Source: an uncultured delta proteobacterium (GTDB lineage Bacteria; Myxococcota_A; Polyangia; Fen-1088). Taken from it: 64,000 nt of DNA. The notes under the pieces were generated by a model that was given only the letters and a program-made list of their open reading frames with translations, was not told the DNA's origin and did no database searches. Made by a program: the position numbers and the translations under genes. The stretch lies in the NCBI GenBank assembly GCA_963737265.1, contig CAVTRY010000012.1, positions 256,001 through 320,000 of the forward strand, written 5' to 3'. Of the stretch, positions 1 to 9,850 are shown in pieces (within the stretch, counting starts at the first letter, position 1; each line of letters opens with the position of its first letter).

Positions 1-1284
1 GAAGGCCAGCATGGCCTCGTAAAAGGTCAGGTTGTGGTCGGCCGGGATGCCTTCGTTGGCCTTCTTCAAACCCAGAAGAAGCCTTGGCGAGATGCCGTAG
101 ATGTGGTTCTTCTTGTAGCAATCGTGGTTTCCCGTCACCGCGAACGCCGGTTTGCCTTTGCTCGCGCAGAAGTTCCGGATCGCCGTGAAGAAGGCGATGT
201 AGTCGACGTAGGATTGGTAGTTGCGTTTGTAGTTGTTGTCGACGTCGACCAGATCCCAGATGGCGGCGGCGCTTGGAGAGCGCAGCTTTTCCGCGCCGAC
301 GCCGTTGTGATAGGGGAAGGCATTGTCGACGTGCTCGATAAGGTCGCCGCCGACGAGCAGCACGTCGATGCCCTTGTTGTCGAGGGCATCGAGGATCGAC
401 AGAAATGAACGCTCGAAGGTGTTCATCATCGAGCCGATAACTGGCGATTCCGCGGTTCCGGATTCGGCATCGATCACGCGGGCGGGGCTTTTGGCCAAGA
501 GCTTCTGCCGGGCGTTGATGTGGATATCGGTGACATGCCCGAGGTTGAGCATCTGCAAGGATCCTGCCGCGTACACATAGAGCGGGTGATAGGCCACGAT
601 GCGCTGGTCGAGGTCGACCCGCGAGTAATCCACACCCTCGCCGTCGAGCTCGAATTCGTGCGTGCCGAAGCCGCCGCTGCCTTGCAGGGCCGGGCCGTTC
701 AGGCGCTTAAAAACCTTGCGTATCTGGAGGTCCTGATATTCGGAATTCCCTGAACCGTCGTCCGCGCCAGGGCTGCCCGCTCCCTGCGAAGCTGCCGCCA
801 GGCAAGACTCGTGTACCTGGATGGCGTAGAAACCGTCCAGCTCCTTGGGCAGCCAGTTGGAAACCGTGTCGTGCAGGACGCCACGAAAGATCCCCTTGGT
901 CTTGAGCTGGCCGACTGCATCGCGCTCCACCGGCTCGACCGCGATCTTGCCCGTGGGATCGTCGAACAAATCGTCGTCCGTCACGCGTTTCTTGGCATCG
1001 AGGCCGGGCGCGAATTTGAGGTGGCGGTTTACGTCGTCGATGGCGAGGGCGGGCGACTTGGGCGCGGCCACCAGGAGCTCGATCATGCCCTTGTTCTCGC
1101 CGCGCACGTGCAGGTTGGGCGTCAGCAGCGAGGGAAACAGCACCACCGCCGGAATGTTCGGCCGCGTGTCGATGGTGTTGAGGTGCTCGGGGGCGACCTG
1201 GAATTTGCCCTGCGACGGATCGGGTCGCGACACGAACGAGAAGGCTCGCCACACCAGGTTGTAGATATCGGGTTTACTGGCCAT
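1..1284 (-). CDS. Calcineurin-like metallophosphoesterase (3' end runs off the window)
   Basis: Not in the ORF track. Manual translation from ATG 1284 (MASKPDIYNLVWRAF...) stays open to base 1 and has HVTDIH, GGDLIE and TGNHD motifs. Confidence 0.85.
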   Translation of the reverse strand, partial: MASKPDIYNLVWRAFSFVSRPDPSQGKFQVAPEHLNTIDTRPNIPAVVLFPSLLTPNLHVRGENKGMIELLVAAPKSPALAIDDVNRHLKFAPGLDAKKRVTDDDLFDDPTGKIAVEPVERDAVGQLKTKGIFRGVLHDTVSNWLPKELDGFYAIQVHESCLAAASQGAGSPGADDGSGNSEYQDLQIRKVFKRLNGPALQGSGGFGTHEFELDGEGVDYSRVDLDQRIVAYHPLYVYAAGSLQMLNLGHVTDIHINARQKLLAKSPARVIDAESGTAESPVIGSMMNTFERSFLSILDALDNKGIDVLLVGGDLIEHVDNAFPYHNGVGAEKLRSPSAAAIWDLVDVDNNYKRNYQSYVDYIAFFTAIRNFCASKGKPAFAVTGNHDCYKKNHIYGISPRLLLGLKKANEGIPADHNLTFYEAMLAF

Positions 1285-1497
1285 GTGTTTTTCCTAGCGG
1301 GTGGGGAAGCGGGCGCCCGGGCCATAGCTTAGCCCATCGGCTCGCACGACAAGGTCAGGGGCATAAGAAACTCGTCTGGCTTCGGCCAAGAAGACCGGGT
1401 CGATTAGCAGCCGCTGCTCTTCGTCGGTGAGGGGTGGTCGGGCGGAGGGATTGGGGGGCGCCATGGGTTCTCCTGCGGGCGGTTCGGCCGTGCCGGG

Positions 1498-2229
1498 TTA
1501 CCTGCCGTGGGCCGCGTGGAGTGCGGCGAGGAAGTCGTCATCGACCACGTCTTGGTCATCCAGCAGCTTGACCCAGCGGAAATGCGCGATGGCGGTGTGG
1601 GTGGCATCGTCGGCGTTTCCGTCGATCGGGCCCGTGTAGAAGCCGAGGTTCTGCAGGCGAGCTTGGATTCCCGCGGTGGTGTCGGACGGATCCAGTCCGC
1701 CCACGGCGAAATCGTAGGCAGCAAAGGGCTGGTCGGCGTCGCTGCCCGCGCGCGAAAGCTCGACGTGGACCTTGCTGGTATCGGGTGGCAAGTCGATTTC
1801 CAGTTTTCCGGTCGAAGGTAGCGTGCCTTCCACGGCGCCACCGGTGTCAGGGGTTGCCTTGAAGGTGACCGGGTTCTCCTCGCTGCACTTGACTCCGGCG
1901 AAGCGCACGCGCAGCACCTCGGACGCGCCCTGCACGACGTATTCAGCCGCGCCACCCGGGACCTCCGCCTCGCGCGCGAGCTTGCTCGGGATGGCGACCT
2001 TGTCGCCCGGCAAGAGGATGTGGGCGGTTCCGCGCAACTTGCGCAGGTCTTCGTTCTTCGCAAAATCCCAAATGGTTTGCCAACGAATGAAGCCATGCGC
2101 CCGAGCGATCGTGGGCAACCGGTCGCCTTGCTCGACCGTGTACTGCGACGCCTCGCTACGCTCGTCCTCGGCCAGATCGAGCGCGCCATCCCCGTCCCAG
2201 TCGGCGCCATCGAGGTCGGGGAAGGTCAC
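1498..2229 (-). CDS. LysM-like plus peptidoglycan-binding domain protein (5' end probably damaged)
   Basis: YTVEQGDRLPTIARAHG...HILLPGDKVAIP (LysM-like); IQARLQNLGFYTGPIDG...THTAIAHF (PG_binding_1). Confidence 0.8.
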   Translation of the reverse strand: MTFPDLDGADWDGDGALDLAEDERSEASQYTVEQGDRLPTIARAHGFIRWQTIWDFAKNEDLRKLRGTAHILLPGDKVAIPSKLAREAEVPGGAAEYVVQGASEVLRVRFAGVKCSEENPVTFKATPDTGGAVEGTLPSTGKLEIDLPPDTSKVHVELSRAGSDADQPFAAYDFAVGGLDPSDTTAGIQARLQNLGFYTGPIDGNADDATHTAIAHFRWVKLLDDQDVVDDDFLAALHAAHGR

Positions 2230-2396
2230 CGTGAAGACGCCCGGTGAAGAGCTCGTCGCCCGAACAGCGCGTGGAGGGGACTGAGAGCCTCGTATTCACC
2301 CTCGCGACACAGCCGACTGGCATCGAGCCTGCCGACCAAGATGACCTTGTTCTCGATTTGCCAAAAAGGCGAGATGCCAAGCGAGGGGCCAAACAT
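2226..2396 (-). pseudogene. Truncated paralogue of the N-terminus of the 9851-12184 OmpA-family protein
   Basis: MFGPSLGISPFWQIENKVILVGRLDASRLCREGEYEAL is nearly identical to the peptide starting at 9860; homology stops after about 44 codons. Confidence 0.75.
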
Positions 2397-2638
2397 GTGT
2401 GTCCTTTCACCTGCGCCGTCCGAGGTGTCTGCCCGGATAGCCAATGTTTCTAAACCACTAGGGCGCCTTGTGGATATTCATTTTAGACGCCATCTTCGTT
2501 CACCTGGATGATACGCTCGGGTACCCGAGTCCCCTCGTTTACTACTCGCGGGATGACGCGCAATCGATCGCAGTTTCGCTGCGACTCAATACCTTGGCCT
2601 GTACACCTGCACCGCCTTGTTCGGCATCATCCCGCGTC

Positions 2639-2667
2639 TTGACGTCAGAACGTTATGACGTCACAAT
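2639..2667 (+). promoter_or_regulatory. Sigma70-like promoter with two TGACGTCA palindromes (putative antitoxin operator)
   Basis: TTGACG (2639)-N17-CACAAT (2662); TGACGTCA at 2640-2647 and 2656-2663. Confidence 0.65.
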
Positions 2668-2674
2668 GTTTACC

Positions 2675-2905
2675 ATGGCACAGGCAAAGAGAGCCACCGT
2701 TCACTTGGAGCCGACACTACACCGCGCCCTTCGCGTCAAGGCCGCGGAGACGGATTTGTCGGTGTCTGAACTTGTGAACAACGCCGTTCGCGCAGGACTA
2801 GCTGAGGACGCCGAGGATCTGGAGGCGTTCCGAGCCCGGGCGAAGGAGCCCACGTCGTCCTTTGAGAAACTCGTCAGCGATCTGAAGCGACGTGGAAAGC
2901 CATAG
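2675..2905 (+). CDS. CopG/ribbon-helix-helix antitoxin
   Basis: KRATVHLEPTLHRALRVKAAETDLSVSELVNNAVR; overlaps the downstream RelE gene. Confidence 0.85.
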   Translation: MAQAKRATVHLEPTLHRALRVKAAETDLSVSELVNNAVRAGLAEDAEDLEAFRARAKEPTSSFEKLVSDLKRRGKP

Positions 2906-3149
2906 ACTCGAAGTCAAGCCTTCGGCTGCCAGGGAGATCGGAGATCTGCGGAAGGCCGACTGCCAGCGTGTTGTCGCGAAGATTCAACTGCTCGCGAGCA
3001 ACCCACGACCCAAGGGCTGCGAGAGACTGAGCGGCGCGGAGAAGTACCGCATTCGCCAAGGGGACTACCGCATTCTCTACGAAATCGACGACTCGATGAA
3101 ATTGGTGACCATAGTGAAGGTCGGCAACCGGCGAGAAGTCTACCGCTGA
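2892..3149 (+). CDS. relE: RelE/ParE-family toxin
   Basis: NPRPKGCERLSGAEKYRIRQGDYRILYEIDD...KVGNRREVYR. Confidence 0.92.
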   Translation: MESHRLEVKPSAAREIGDLRKADCQRVVAKIQLLASNPRPKGCERLSGAEKYRIRQGDYRILYEIDDSMKLVTIVKVGNRREVYR

Positions 3150-3381
3150 ACCACCCGCTGTCTGCCGAACGCCTTGATCGGCATAGGGGCCTCGACAGAT
3201 CGCTAAATACTCTGCCAAGATCTCGCGCCGTGCGCTTGGGGTCATCTGTGGAGCTGGGGGCTCGACCGAGGAGTTGCTGGAGCTGCTGTGTCCTTCCGGC
3301 ACGCGTGCGCAGGCGCCGGGTTGATGCCAGCGTAGGGTTGGCGGCCGACTCGGGGGGGGGCGCTGGCGCCTGGCACTGCAG

Positions 3382-4589
3382 TCAGGTTGAGGTCGGATCG
3401 AGCGTGGCTAGGCCCTGGCGGTAGTTCCATGGCATCCAGGCGGCCGGCTCGTCGGCGGCTGCCTCTGGATGGCGGAGGATCTCGACCAGGTAGGGAAACG
3501 GCTGGACACCGCAGAGCTCGGCCGTGTGAATCAGGCTCATGAAGATGTCGCCGACGTGCGCGCCGTGCTCGGTCTTGAAGAAGTACGAGTTCTTCCGATG
3601 CAGGATCGCCTTCTTCAAAATTCTCTCGCAAATATTGTTATCCAGTGGGGCGCCGGCCACGCGCAGAAAGAGGGTGAGCTTGAGCCAGTGCTTCTGCATG
3701 TACTCGATGGCCTCGCCGAGGCCAGAATTGGGCTCGGTCTTGCGCTCTTCGAACTGCGCCTTCATCCAATCCTCGAGCGACTTCATGTGCGGGGCGCTTT
3801 CGGCCTGGTGAAAGGCCAGTCGATCCTCGGTGGACAGGCCTCGCTGACGAGCGAGCTGGTCGTTGTGGTAGACCCCGCGCAGGGTTTCTAGGACGAAACG
3901 ACACTCCTCGGGAAAGTCGTCGACGACATCGACATAGCGGCGACGTGCGTGGCTGAGGCAATTAGCCAGGATGGTTTGCATTGCTGGTGAGGTATTTGCG
4001 GCGAGGGCGTCGCACATCTGAATGGGGGGGCCCAATTCCTGCGAGCGTCGGGCCAGGACATCGGCGATGTTCTCGCCAGCGTGCTTGCGCCCGGTAAAAA
4101 ACAGGGCAACACGATGGTCATCGACGACGGACACGATGCCCGAGGTATACATGCCCGTGCGGTCAGGCACATCCGGGCTGGCATCGGGGCCTGCTCTTTT
4201 CCCCACCCGGGTTGTGTTCTCGTCGGGCTTCTCCTTCTCCTTCTCCTCTTCGGCCTGGGCCATCAGCTCGAGGATCTTGGCCGGCGTATCGTCATTGTGC
4301 AGGACCGATCCCTGTGCGCCCTGGTTGATGAGTTCACTGTAGACCGGCTCAAGCCGGTCGGCCGCGCGCTCGACGATTTCCCACTGCGTGGCCGCAGGCA
4401 ACGGAACGCCCATGTTGGCCTGCAACCGTTCGAGGCGATTGAACGGCAGGCCTGCCCCATACTTGACGGTGCCGACCATCGCAGCCGCCGTCTCGTCGTA
4501 CTTCGCGCTGCCAACGCCGTCGGGCGCCGGGGCGGTAAAGACTTCGCCACAGAGATTGCAGCGCAGACGATCCAGCTCGTGCACGGTGA
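3382..4589 (-). pseudogene. tnpC: IS66 transposase TnpC, C-terminal part (split by ISAs1)
   Basis: LHNDDT, CLSHARR and PLDNNICERILK motifs. Confidence 0.92.
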
Positions 4590-5877
4590 CAGGGTCATCG
4601 CATCATCCGACATCGGGTTGGGCCATGAGGACTTGCAGAATGAAGTCCTGATCCCATGCCGCGCGCATTCGGCGAAGCCTGATGCTGAGCTTGCAGTCTT
4701 TGACTGATTTGAGGAGGTTGAGTGAGATGTGGCGCATCACTGCAAAGTTCTGGGCGGCGTTGCCGGCGCGAACACGGCATTCGTCCTCACGGAAAGTGAC
4801 GTCGAGAACCCAGTGCAATTCATTTTCGATTCCCCAGTGCTTCCGAGCGGCGTCGAGAGCGGCATCTGCTGGGAGGTTCTTTCGCGAACTGATGTAGTAG
4901 CGGCACTCGGTTGAAGTGTGCCCCGAGACCGTGCGCTCGGACTCGATCAATACCAAGCTGCTCAGACCCGTCCATTCCTGGTACTGGGAGATGCTCTCGA
5001 CCATGTTTGTGGTCCAGCACCGGCGAACCTCGGTTCGTCCGTGCCCAACATCGCGTGTCTCGTGAAAATCCACGTCCAATCCCGTCGGGTCGCGACGACA
5101 ATGCGCGAAGATTGTCGTCACTTCAGCGCTGAGCGTGGGTTGGTTCTCCTTCACCGCGAGCAGGTAATCCGCGTCGGCGTCCTGGATATCTGCGGTGATC
5201 TGCTTCTGGCAGCCCATCGCATCGATAGTTACTAGACAGCCCTTGATCTTCAGGAGCTTGAGCAACCGCGGAATGGCAGTGATCTCGTTGGATTTCTCCT
5301 CTGTCTTGACCTGCCCAAGAACCACGTGGTTGTTGGTGGCCCAGGCACTAACCATGTGGACGAAAGCGTGGCTGCCGGCCTCTTGGAAGGATCGTCGCAG
5401 CGTCTTGCCGTCGATGGCCACGACCTCGCCTTTCGTGAGTCGCGCCACGCTCAAGATCCACTGCCGGAACCTCTCAGCCAGGGCATCTGGATTCAGGGCT
5501 GCAAACACCCTCCCGATGGTGTCGTGTGTGGGAATCCCGCCGCGCAGACCGATAAACGTTCGTAACCAGGCTTCTCTTGCCCGCCCATAGGTCTCGATAG
5601 CACAGAAGGAGTCAGCACCACAGACCACGGCACACAACGATAGCATCAGGATGTCCGTCAGCGCGTGGTGCCGCGTCCGCTCCACCCGCGGATCCGGCAC
5701 CGACGCGAAGTACTCCAGGATCGATGCCGCCAGCTCTTCCTTTTCTCGTTCCGCCACGGTTGTTCGCTTCATGACTTACGAACAAGCCACGATATCGCCC
5801 TTCAATCAAAAAACGTTCCTCTCTGGTGCGCCGGCTATACCACGAAGATCGTTCGGGATTTAGATGCGATGACCCTG
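4590..5877 (-). mobile_element. ISAs1-family insertion sequence
   Basis: Perfect 15-bp inverted repeats CAGGGTCATCGCATC/GATGCGATGACCCTG; imperfect 10-11 bp flanking duplication GTGCA(C/T)GGTG. Confidence 0.93.
4603..5772 (-). CDS. ISAs1-family transposase
   Basis: AIDGKTLRRS, KSNEITAIP, TIDAMGCQ and HWGIENELHWVLDVTFRED motifs. Confidence 0.97.
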   Translation of the reverse strand: MKRTTVAEREKEELAASILEYFASVPDPRVERTRHHALTDILMLSLCAVVCGADSFCAIETYGRAREAWLRTFIGLRGGIPTHDTIGRVFAALNPDALAERFRQWILSVARLTKGEVVAIDGKTLRRSFQEAGSHAFVHMVSAWATNNHVVLGQVKTEEKSNEITAIPRLLKLLKIKGCLVTIDAMGCQKQITADIQDADADYLLAVKENQPTLSAEVTTIFAHCRRDPTGLDVDFHETRDVGHGRTEVRRCWTTNMVESISQYQEWTGLSSLVLIESERTVSGHTSTECRYYISSRKNLPADAALDAARKHWGIENELHWVLDVTFREDECRVRAGNAAQNFAVMRHISLNLLKSVKDCKLSIRLRRMRAAWDQDFILQVLMAQPDVG

Positions 5878-6423
5878 GTGCATGGTGGCGGACAATGGCG
5901 CCATGCCCACAATGCGCACGATCACTGCTGGTTCGGCCATCGTGTAGACCTTGCCTTTGAAACACGCGGGGCACGAATCGCCCTTCTTGAGCGACGGGTG
6001 CGCTACCTTGATCCTTTTCGCTCCCGTGTAGCTGGCGGCGCCGTTGCGGCCATGCCCTGCCGTCGCCGGCTTCTCCCGATTGCCGGTTGCTTTGCCTTCC
6101 TCGTCGCTGCTCCCAGTGGCCGATGTCCCCGCCGTATCAGATCCCGGCGGAGGATCTTTTGGGGGTTCGTCGCCAAGCACCTTGCCGGTCTTCTCGGTGG
6201 GTGCCCCGAACAGCATGTGCCGCAGTCGCTGCAACGAAGCGCCCTTTGCCTCGAGTTCCTGCGTGAGAAAGGCAAGCGTGTCCACCGCGCTCTTGAGGGC
6301 TTCGTAGTCCGCCGGGCTCAAAGCTCCCCGTGTTTGCTCTACAATCGCATTGAGCTCTTCACGCCGCAGTTGTTGCCTTTGCGGTTTCTGGCGCTGCTTG
6401 TGTCGCTGCTTGTGTTCTTTCAT
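5878..6423 (-). pseudogene. tnpC: IS66 transposase TnpC, N-terminal part
   Basis: Coiled coil plus LFGAPTEK, GHGR and CPAC; rejoins the 3382-4589 part as ...PLSATVHELDRLRC. Confidence 0.9.
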
Positions 6424-7286
6424 GGTGCCCCCGACAGTAGTGCGCGAAAGTTCTTCACTAGCGCGAGCCCAAGCACATCCTTGATTGGGCGATTTTGCTT
6501 ATGCGTGTGGTCGTCTTTTCCTCGGCCCGTGGTGCGACCGAGCAGAACCCAGTTGGCCGCTCGATAGCACGTGCCACGAAATCGTTCCGCATGAACGAAC
6601 GTCTCCACGAAGTGAATCGGGTGACTGTAGACACGCACCCATTCGTCGGACAACAGCCTCGTCATTCGCCCCAGCAGGTGCGACGCCAGGTATGGAACCA
6701 CCACCCACGGCATGATCAGAAAACGACTATTGTAGGCCACAAACCCAATGTTCTTTCGCCGCCACTCCGCCGACCACCCGATGTAGCGGTCGCGTGGGCC
6801 CAGGTGCCGCGGCGCCGAACTCCACGCGAAGGCCGCCACTGGCCGCTGCCCCGCCAACACCAGATACTTGAGGTGCTCGCCCACCGGCTGCGTGTAGCCC
6901 AGGTAGTGGTGCGCCTCCATCAGTCCGTTGAACGTCGTTTCCTCGTGGCTGCGCCGCACTTGCCGAAACTCCAGCAGGCCTAGTTCCGCCAAGCTCATCC
7001 GCAGTGGCGTCCGATCAATCTCCACGGACGCAGGCCGCGCCCGGCGGGCCAGCGGGTTGCGCGGCACCATGCGCACCGCAGGTAGCTCAATATGCCCGGC
7101 GCGATGTAGTGCCAGCATCAGGCCCCGGCACACCATGTCCCGAGGCCGACCGTTCGCCTGGGTCCAGCCCCACGCCGCGCACAGCTTCTCCGACAGCCGG
7201 CGGCGGCTCGCCTCCGCATGCTCCGCGATGAGGCTGCGAATGAACTCAACATCCGCCGCGGTCACCGCGCGTCCTCGGTGGGTCAA
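6420..7286 (-). CDS. DUF4338 (DruA-like) protein
   Basis: HHYLGY...GEHLKYLV, NSRFLIMPWVVVPYLASHLL and ETFV...RFRGTCYRAANW motifs. Confidence 0.88.
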   Translation of the reverse strand: MTHRGRAVTAADVEFIRSLIAEHAEASRRRLSEKLCAAWGWTQANGRPRDMVCRGLMLALHRAGHIELPAVRMVPRNPLARRARPASVEIDRTPLRMSLAELGLLEFRQVRRSHEETTFNGLMEAHHYLGYTQPVGEHLKYLVLAGQRPVAAFAWSSAPRHLGPRDRYIGWSAEWRRKNIGFVAYNSRFLIMPWVVVPYLASHLLGRMTRLLSDEWVRVYSHPIHFVETFVHAERFRGTCYRAANWVLLGRTTGRGKDDHTHKQNRPIKDVLGLALVKNFRALLSGAP

Positions 7287-7350
7287 CAGGGTTTCGATGC
7301 GGACCTACGTACCAGAGCGGACCCTGGAACGCAAGCTCTTTTCTCGCCGA

Positions 7351-7713
7351 CTATCTTGCCGGCCCGACCTGCCGCCACACCGGCGCTGCCTGCGTCGCCG
7401 ACGGATCGCCGCCAAACAGCAAGACCTGCAGCTCATGCGCTTGCAGCGTCGTCGCGACCGCGCCATCGGCCGAGGGCCACCAGCGGAATTGCCCCTGGGT
7501 CAGTCGCTTCTGACACAGCCAGAATCCCTGCCCATCGTAGACCAGCAGCTTCACGGACTTTCGCCGACGGCTGCGGAAAACAAAGACCGTGCCCCCCAGC
7601 GGATCCGCGGCCAGGCGCTCGCGGCAGACCTGTGCGAGCCCATCCATGCCGCGGCGAAAATCGACGGGCTCCACCGCGACCAACACGCGCATCTGTGGCG
7701 TTATCTGGATCAT
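7351..7713 (-). CDS. tnpB: IS66 accessory protein TnpB (Orf2)
   Basis: PVDFRRGMDGL...VFVFRSRRRKSVKLLVYDGQGFWLCQKRL. Confidence 0.95.
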   Translation of the reverse strand: MIQITPQMRVLVAVEPVDFRRGMDGLAQVCRERLAADPLGGTVFVFRSRRRKSVKLLVYDGQGFWLCQKRLTQGQFRWWPSADGAVATTLQAHELQVLLFGGDPSATQAAPVWRQVGPAR

Positions 7714-7715
7714 TC

Positions 7716-8222
7716 CTAGCCTCGGCCGAACGCCGCCAAGATTCCCGCCACGTCGACAGCCATCCCAGCTCCAAGCCGCAATGTCAGTCGCCGACCCTCA
7801 CCGTCTGCTATCTCGATAACCGTGCCGCAGACATCTGGCGGGTGCCCCGCCACTCGAATTTGTCCAATCTCGACGAAGCCCACACGCTCGTCGCTGCGGG
7901 CATTGGCGCGCTTGCCAGCCGCACCCGCCGCCGCCGTCGTCCCCCCGCCTAAATCTGCCTTGGAACTCACGTGCGCAGCCCCTGCAGCACGGACTTGGCC
8001 CTTCAGCGACTCGTACGGCAACCCAACTGCGCGTGCCGTCCGATACGCCCCGAGCCGCTTCGCCAGCCAAATCGCATCCACCCATAATTCCGCAGGCACC
8101 CGCGTCCGCCGCACCCGCGTCCGTCGCCACTCCTCGACCCGCCGTCGTAGCTCCTCGATCCGCTTCGCCTCCGAGGCCGCCGTCTGAGGTGTTTCGCCTT
8201 TCTCGATCCGCTCCGTGTCCAT
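7716..8222 (-). CDS. IS66 TnpA-like HTH accessory protein
   Basis: WRRTR...RVPAELW...GFVEI; first gene inside the left inverted repeat. Confidence 0.8.
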   Translation of the reverse strand: MDTERIEKGETPQTAASEAKRIEELRRRVEEWRRTRVRRTRVPAELWVDAIWLAKRLGAYRTARAVGLPYESLKGQVRAAGAAHVSSKADLGGGTTAAAGAAGKRANARSDERVGFVEIGQIRVAGHPPDVCGTVIEIADGEGRRLTLRLGAGMAVDVAGILAAFGRG

Positions 8223-8336
8223 GCCGCCCACGGTACCCGGCCTCCCACCATCGAGTCATACACGCTTACCGGAAGGACACGAGCTGCTGCGCGAAGGGCG
8301 TCGCATGGGTGGGTCGAAGGAGCCGCCGAAGGGGCT

Positions 8337-8759
8337 GTGAGACTCCTGCTCGATGCCAACGTGCTCGTGTTCGCCCTGAATGACACTGGTGGTGTGCGTG
8401 GGCGATTGAACGACGCCCAGGCGTCCGGAGACTGGATTCTCACCAGCGCGGTAGTTGTGGGCGAGCTTGCCTTCGGCGCATCGGCTTCGGCCAGACCGGA
8501 ACAGAACCATACCCGCCTCCGCGCGATGCTGGCGAGAATGGAAGTGCTTCCGTTCACCGAAAGTGCCGCCCAGAAGTTTGGCGAAATCAAGGCAGCACTC
8601 CGCGCGCGTGGACTCGCCAAGAGCGACGCAGATCTGCAGATCGCTGCAAGGGCTATCGTTGAAGACGCCACGCTCGTCACCGATGACCGAGCGCTACTTG
8701 ACGAATCCATCGCGAATCTCAAGGCGGTGAACTGGGTGGTGCGAAGCCAGCGGACCTGA
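8337..8759 (+). CDS. vapC: VapC/PIN toxin
   Basis: LLDANVL...ELAFG...DLQIAA...TLVTDD. Confidence 0.92.
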   Translation: MRLLLDANVLVFALNDTGGVRGRLNDAQASGDWILTSAVVVGELAFGASASARPEQNHTRLRAMLARMEVLPFTESAAQKFGEIKAALRARGLAKSDADLQIAARAIVEDATLVTDDRALLDESIANLKAVNWVVRSQRT

Positions 8760-8773
8760 GGCAGACTGGGAAT

Positions 8774-9466
8774 GTGACGAAAGACCCCACTCAGCTACCC
8801 GACTGGGAGAAACTTCTGGCGGCGGAGCGGCACATTCAGGCGCTTGTGCCAGGGACGGTCCTCGTGGGGGGAACGGCGGCAGCCATCCATGTCGGCCATC
8901 GCGTGAGCCTGGACGGCGATCATGTCGTTGCCGACCTGCGCGATCGTTTCGACGAAGTCATCCGGCAGCTCGAATCGGCCGCCGGCTGGCAGACCGAGCG
9001 ACTGCAAAAGCCGGTGCTGATTCTCGGGCAAATGGACGGGATACTGACCGGGATAAGGCAACTGCGCCGCGCGCACCCGCTCGAATGGGAAATCGTGGAC
9101 GGCTTGCGCGTGCCGACGCTCGCGGAGATGGCGCGCGTGAAGGCTTGGCTGCTCGCGACCCGGTACACGGTTCGCGACTACCTCGATACCGTCGTCCTGT
9201 TCGAGCGCATCGGGCAGGAACACCTGGAGTCGGCCCTGCGCGATTTCGACGTACTGTACGCACAGCCGACCGGCGCTTCCGTATTGGCCGAGGTTGCCGA
9301 CCGATTGGCGGTGGCCGCGCCCGGCGACGCGGATCGCATCGACCTATCCAGCTACCGTGGCCTACGGGCACCGTGGAATGACTGGAACTACCTTGTCGAG
9401 CGCGGGCGGTCGTATGCGGCGATCGTCGCGCGCATTGCACTGACCGGCGGGCGAGGCTCGCCGTGA
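8774..9466 (+). CDS. AbiEii-like nucleotidyltransferase
   Basis: VLVGGTAAAIHVGHRVSLDGDH and K...R..RDYLD motifs. Confidence 0.8.
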   Translation: MTKDPTQLPDWEKLLAAERHIQALVPGTVLVGGTAAAIHVGHRVSLDGDHVVADLRDRFDEVIRQLESAAGWQTERLQKPVLILGQMDGILTGIRQLRRAHPLEWEIVDGLRVPTLAEMARVKAWLLATRYTVRDYLDTVVLFERIGQEHLESALRDFDVLYAQPTGASVLAEVADRLAVAAPGDADRIDLSSYRGLRAPWNDWNYLVERGRSYAAIVARIALTGGRGSP

Positions 9467-9750
9467 CGAACGCAACCTTGGCGCAATCGCGGGCGCTGTG
9501 GAATCGCCGCCAGCCTGTGGACTTGAACGACGAGGGCGTTCTTGCGCAAATCCTAGACCGCGGCGAGATGTCCGCTTGGCGGGAGCTGTACCGCCTTGCC
9601 GGTGCAGACCCGGATCTGCGTGCGCGAATCGCCCGGGTGGTGGCGAAAGTGCCATTGCTCATGCCGAGGTTTTGGCTTGCGGCCCTGAAGAGTCTTGGCG
9701 AGCCGGTCGACCTCGGCATGGATCTGCCGCGAGCCGATCTCGGGCTTTGA
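9463..9750 (+). CDS. Small partner protein of the nucleotidyltransferase (putative antitoxin)
   Basis: 4-bp overlap with the upstream gene; SRALWN...AQILDRG...WRELY. Confidence 0.65.
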   Translation: MTNATLAQSRALWNRRQPVDLNDEGVLAQILDRGEMSAWRELYRLAGADPDLRARIARVVAKVPLLMPRFWLAALKSLGEPVDLGMDLPRADLGL

Positions 9751-9850
9751 TCTACTACCTCCGGGCCGTCGCCCCAAAAGGCCAGGGGGTTAGGGAAGAA
9801 CTAGCCGCGGCCAGGCTGGACCAAAAAACAACTTCGTATAGCATGGCGCC

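Larger units (their letters stand above)
3288..8280 (-). mobile_element. IS66-family element carrying a DUF4338 gene and a nested ISAs1
   Basis: Terminal inverted repeats GTGTCCTTCCGG(C/T)A(C/A)GCGTG at 3288 and 8280; perfect 8-bp target duplication GAGCTGCT (3280-3287, 8281-8288); tnpA, tnpB, tnpC genes. Confidence 0.93.

Noticed and set aside
6420-7286. Complete Druantia defence system
   Set aside because: No DruE helicase or other dru genes; the gene lies inside an IS.
7351-7713. RNA-guided TnpB nuclease
   Set aside because: This is the unrelated 120-aa IS66 TnpB; it has no RuvC or zinc-finger motifs.
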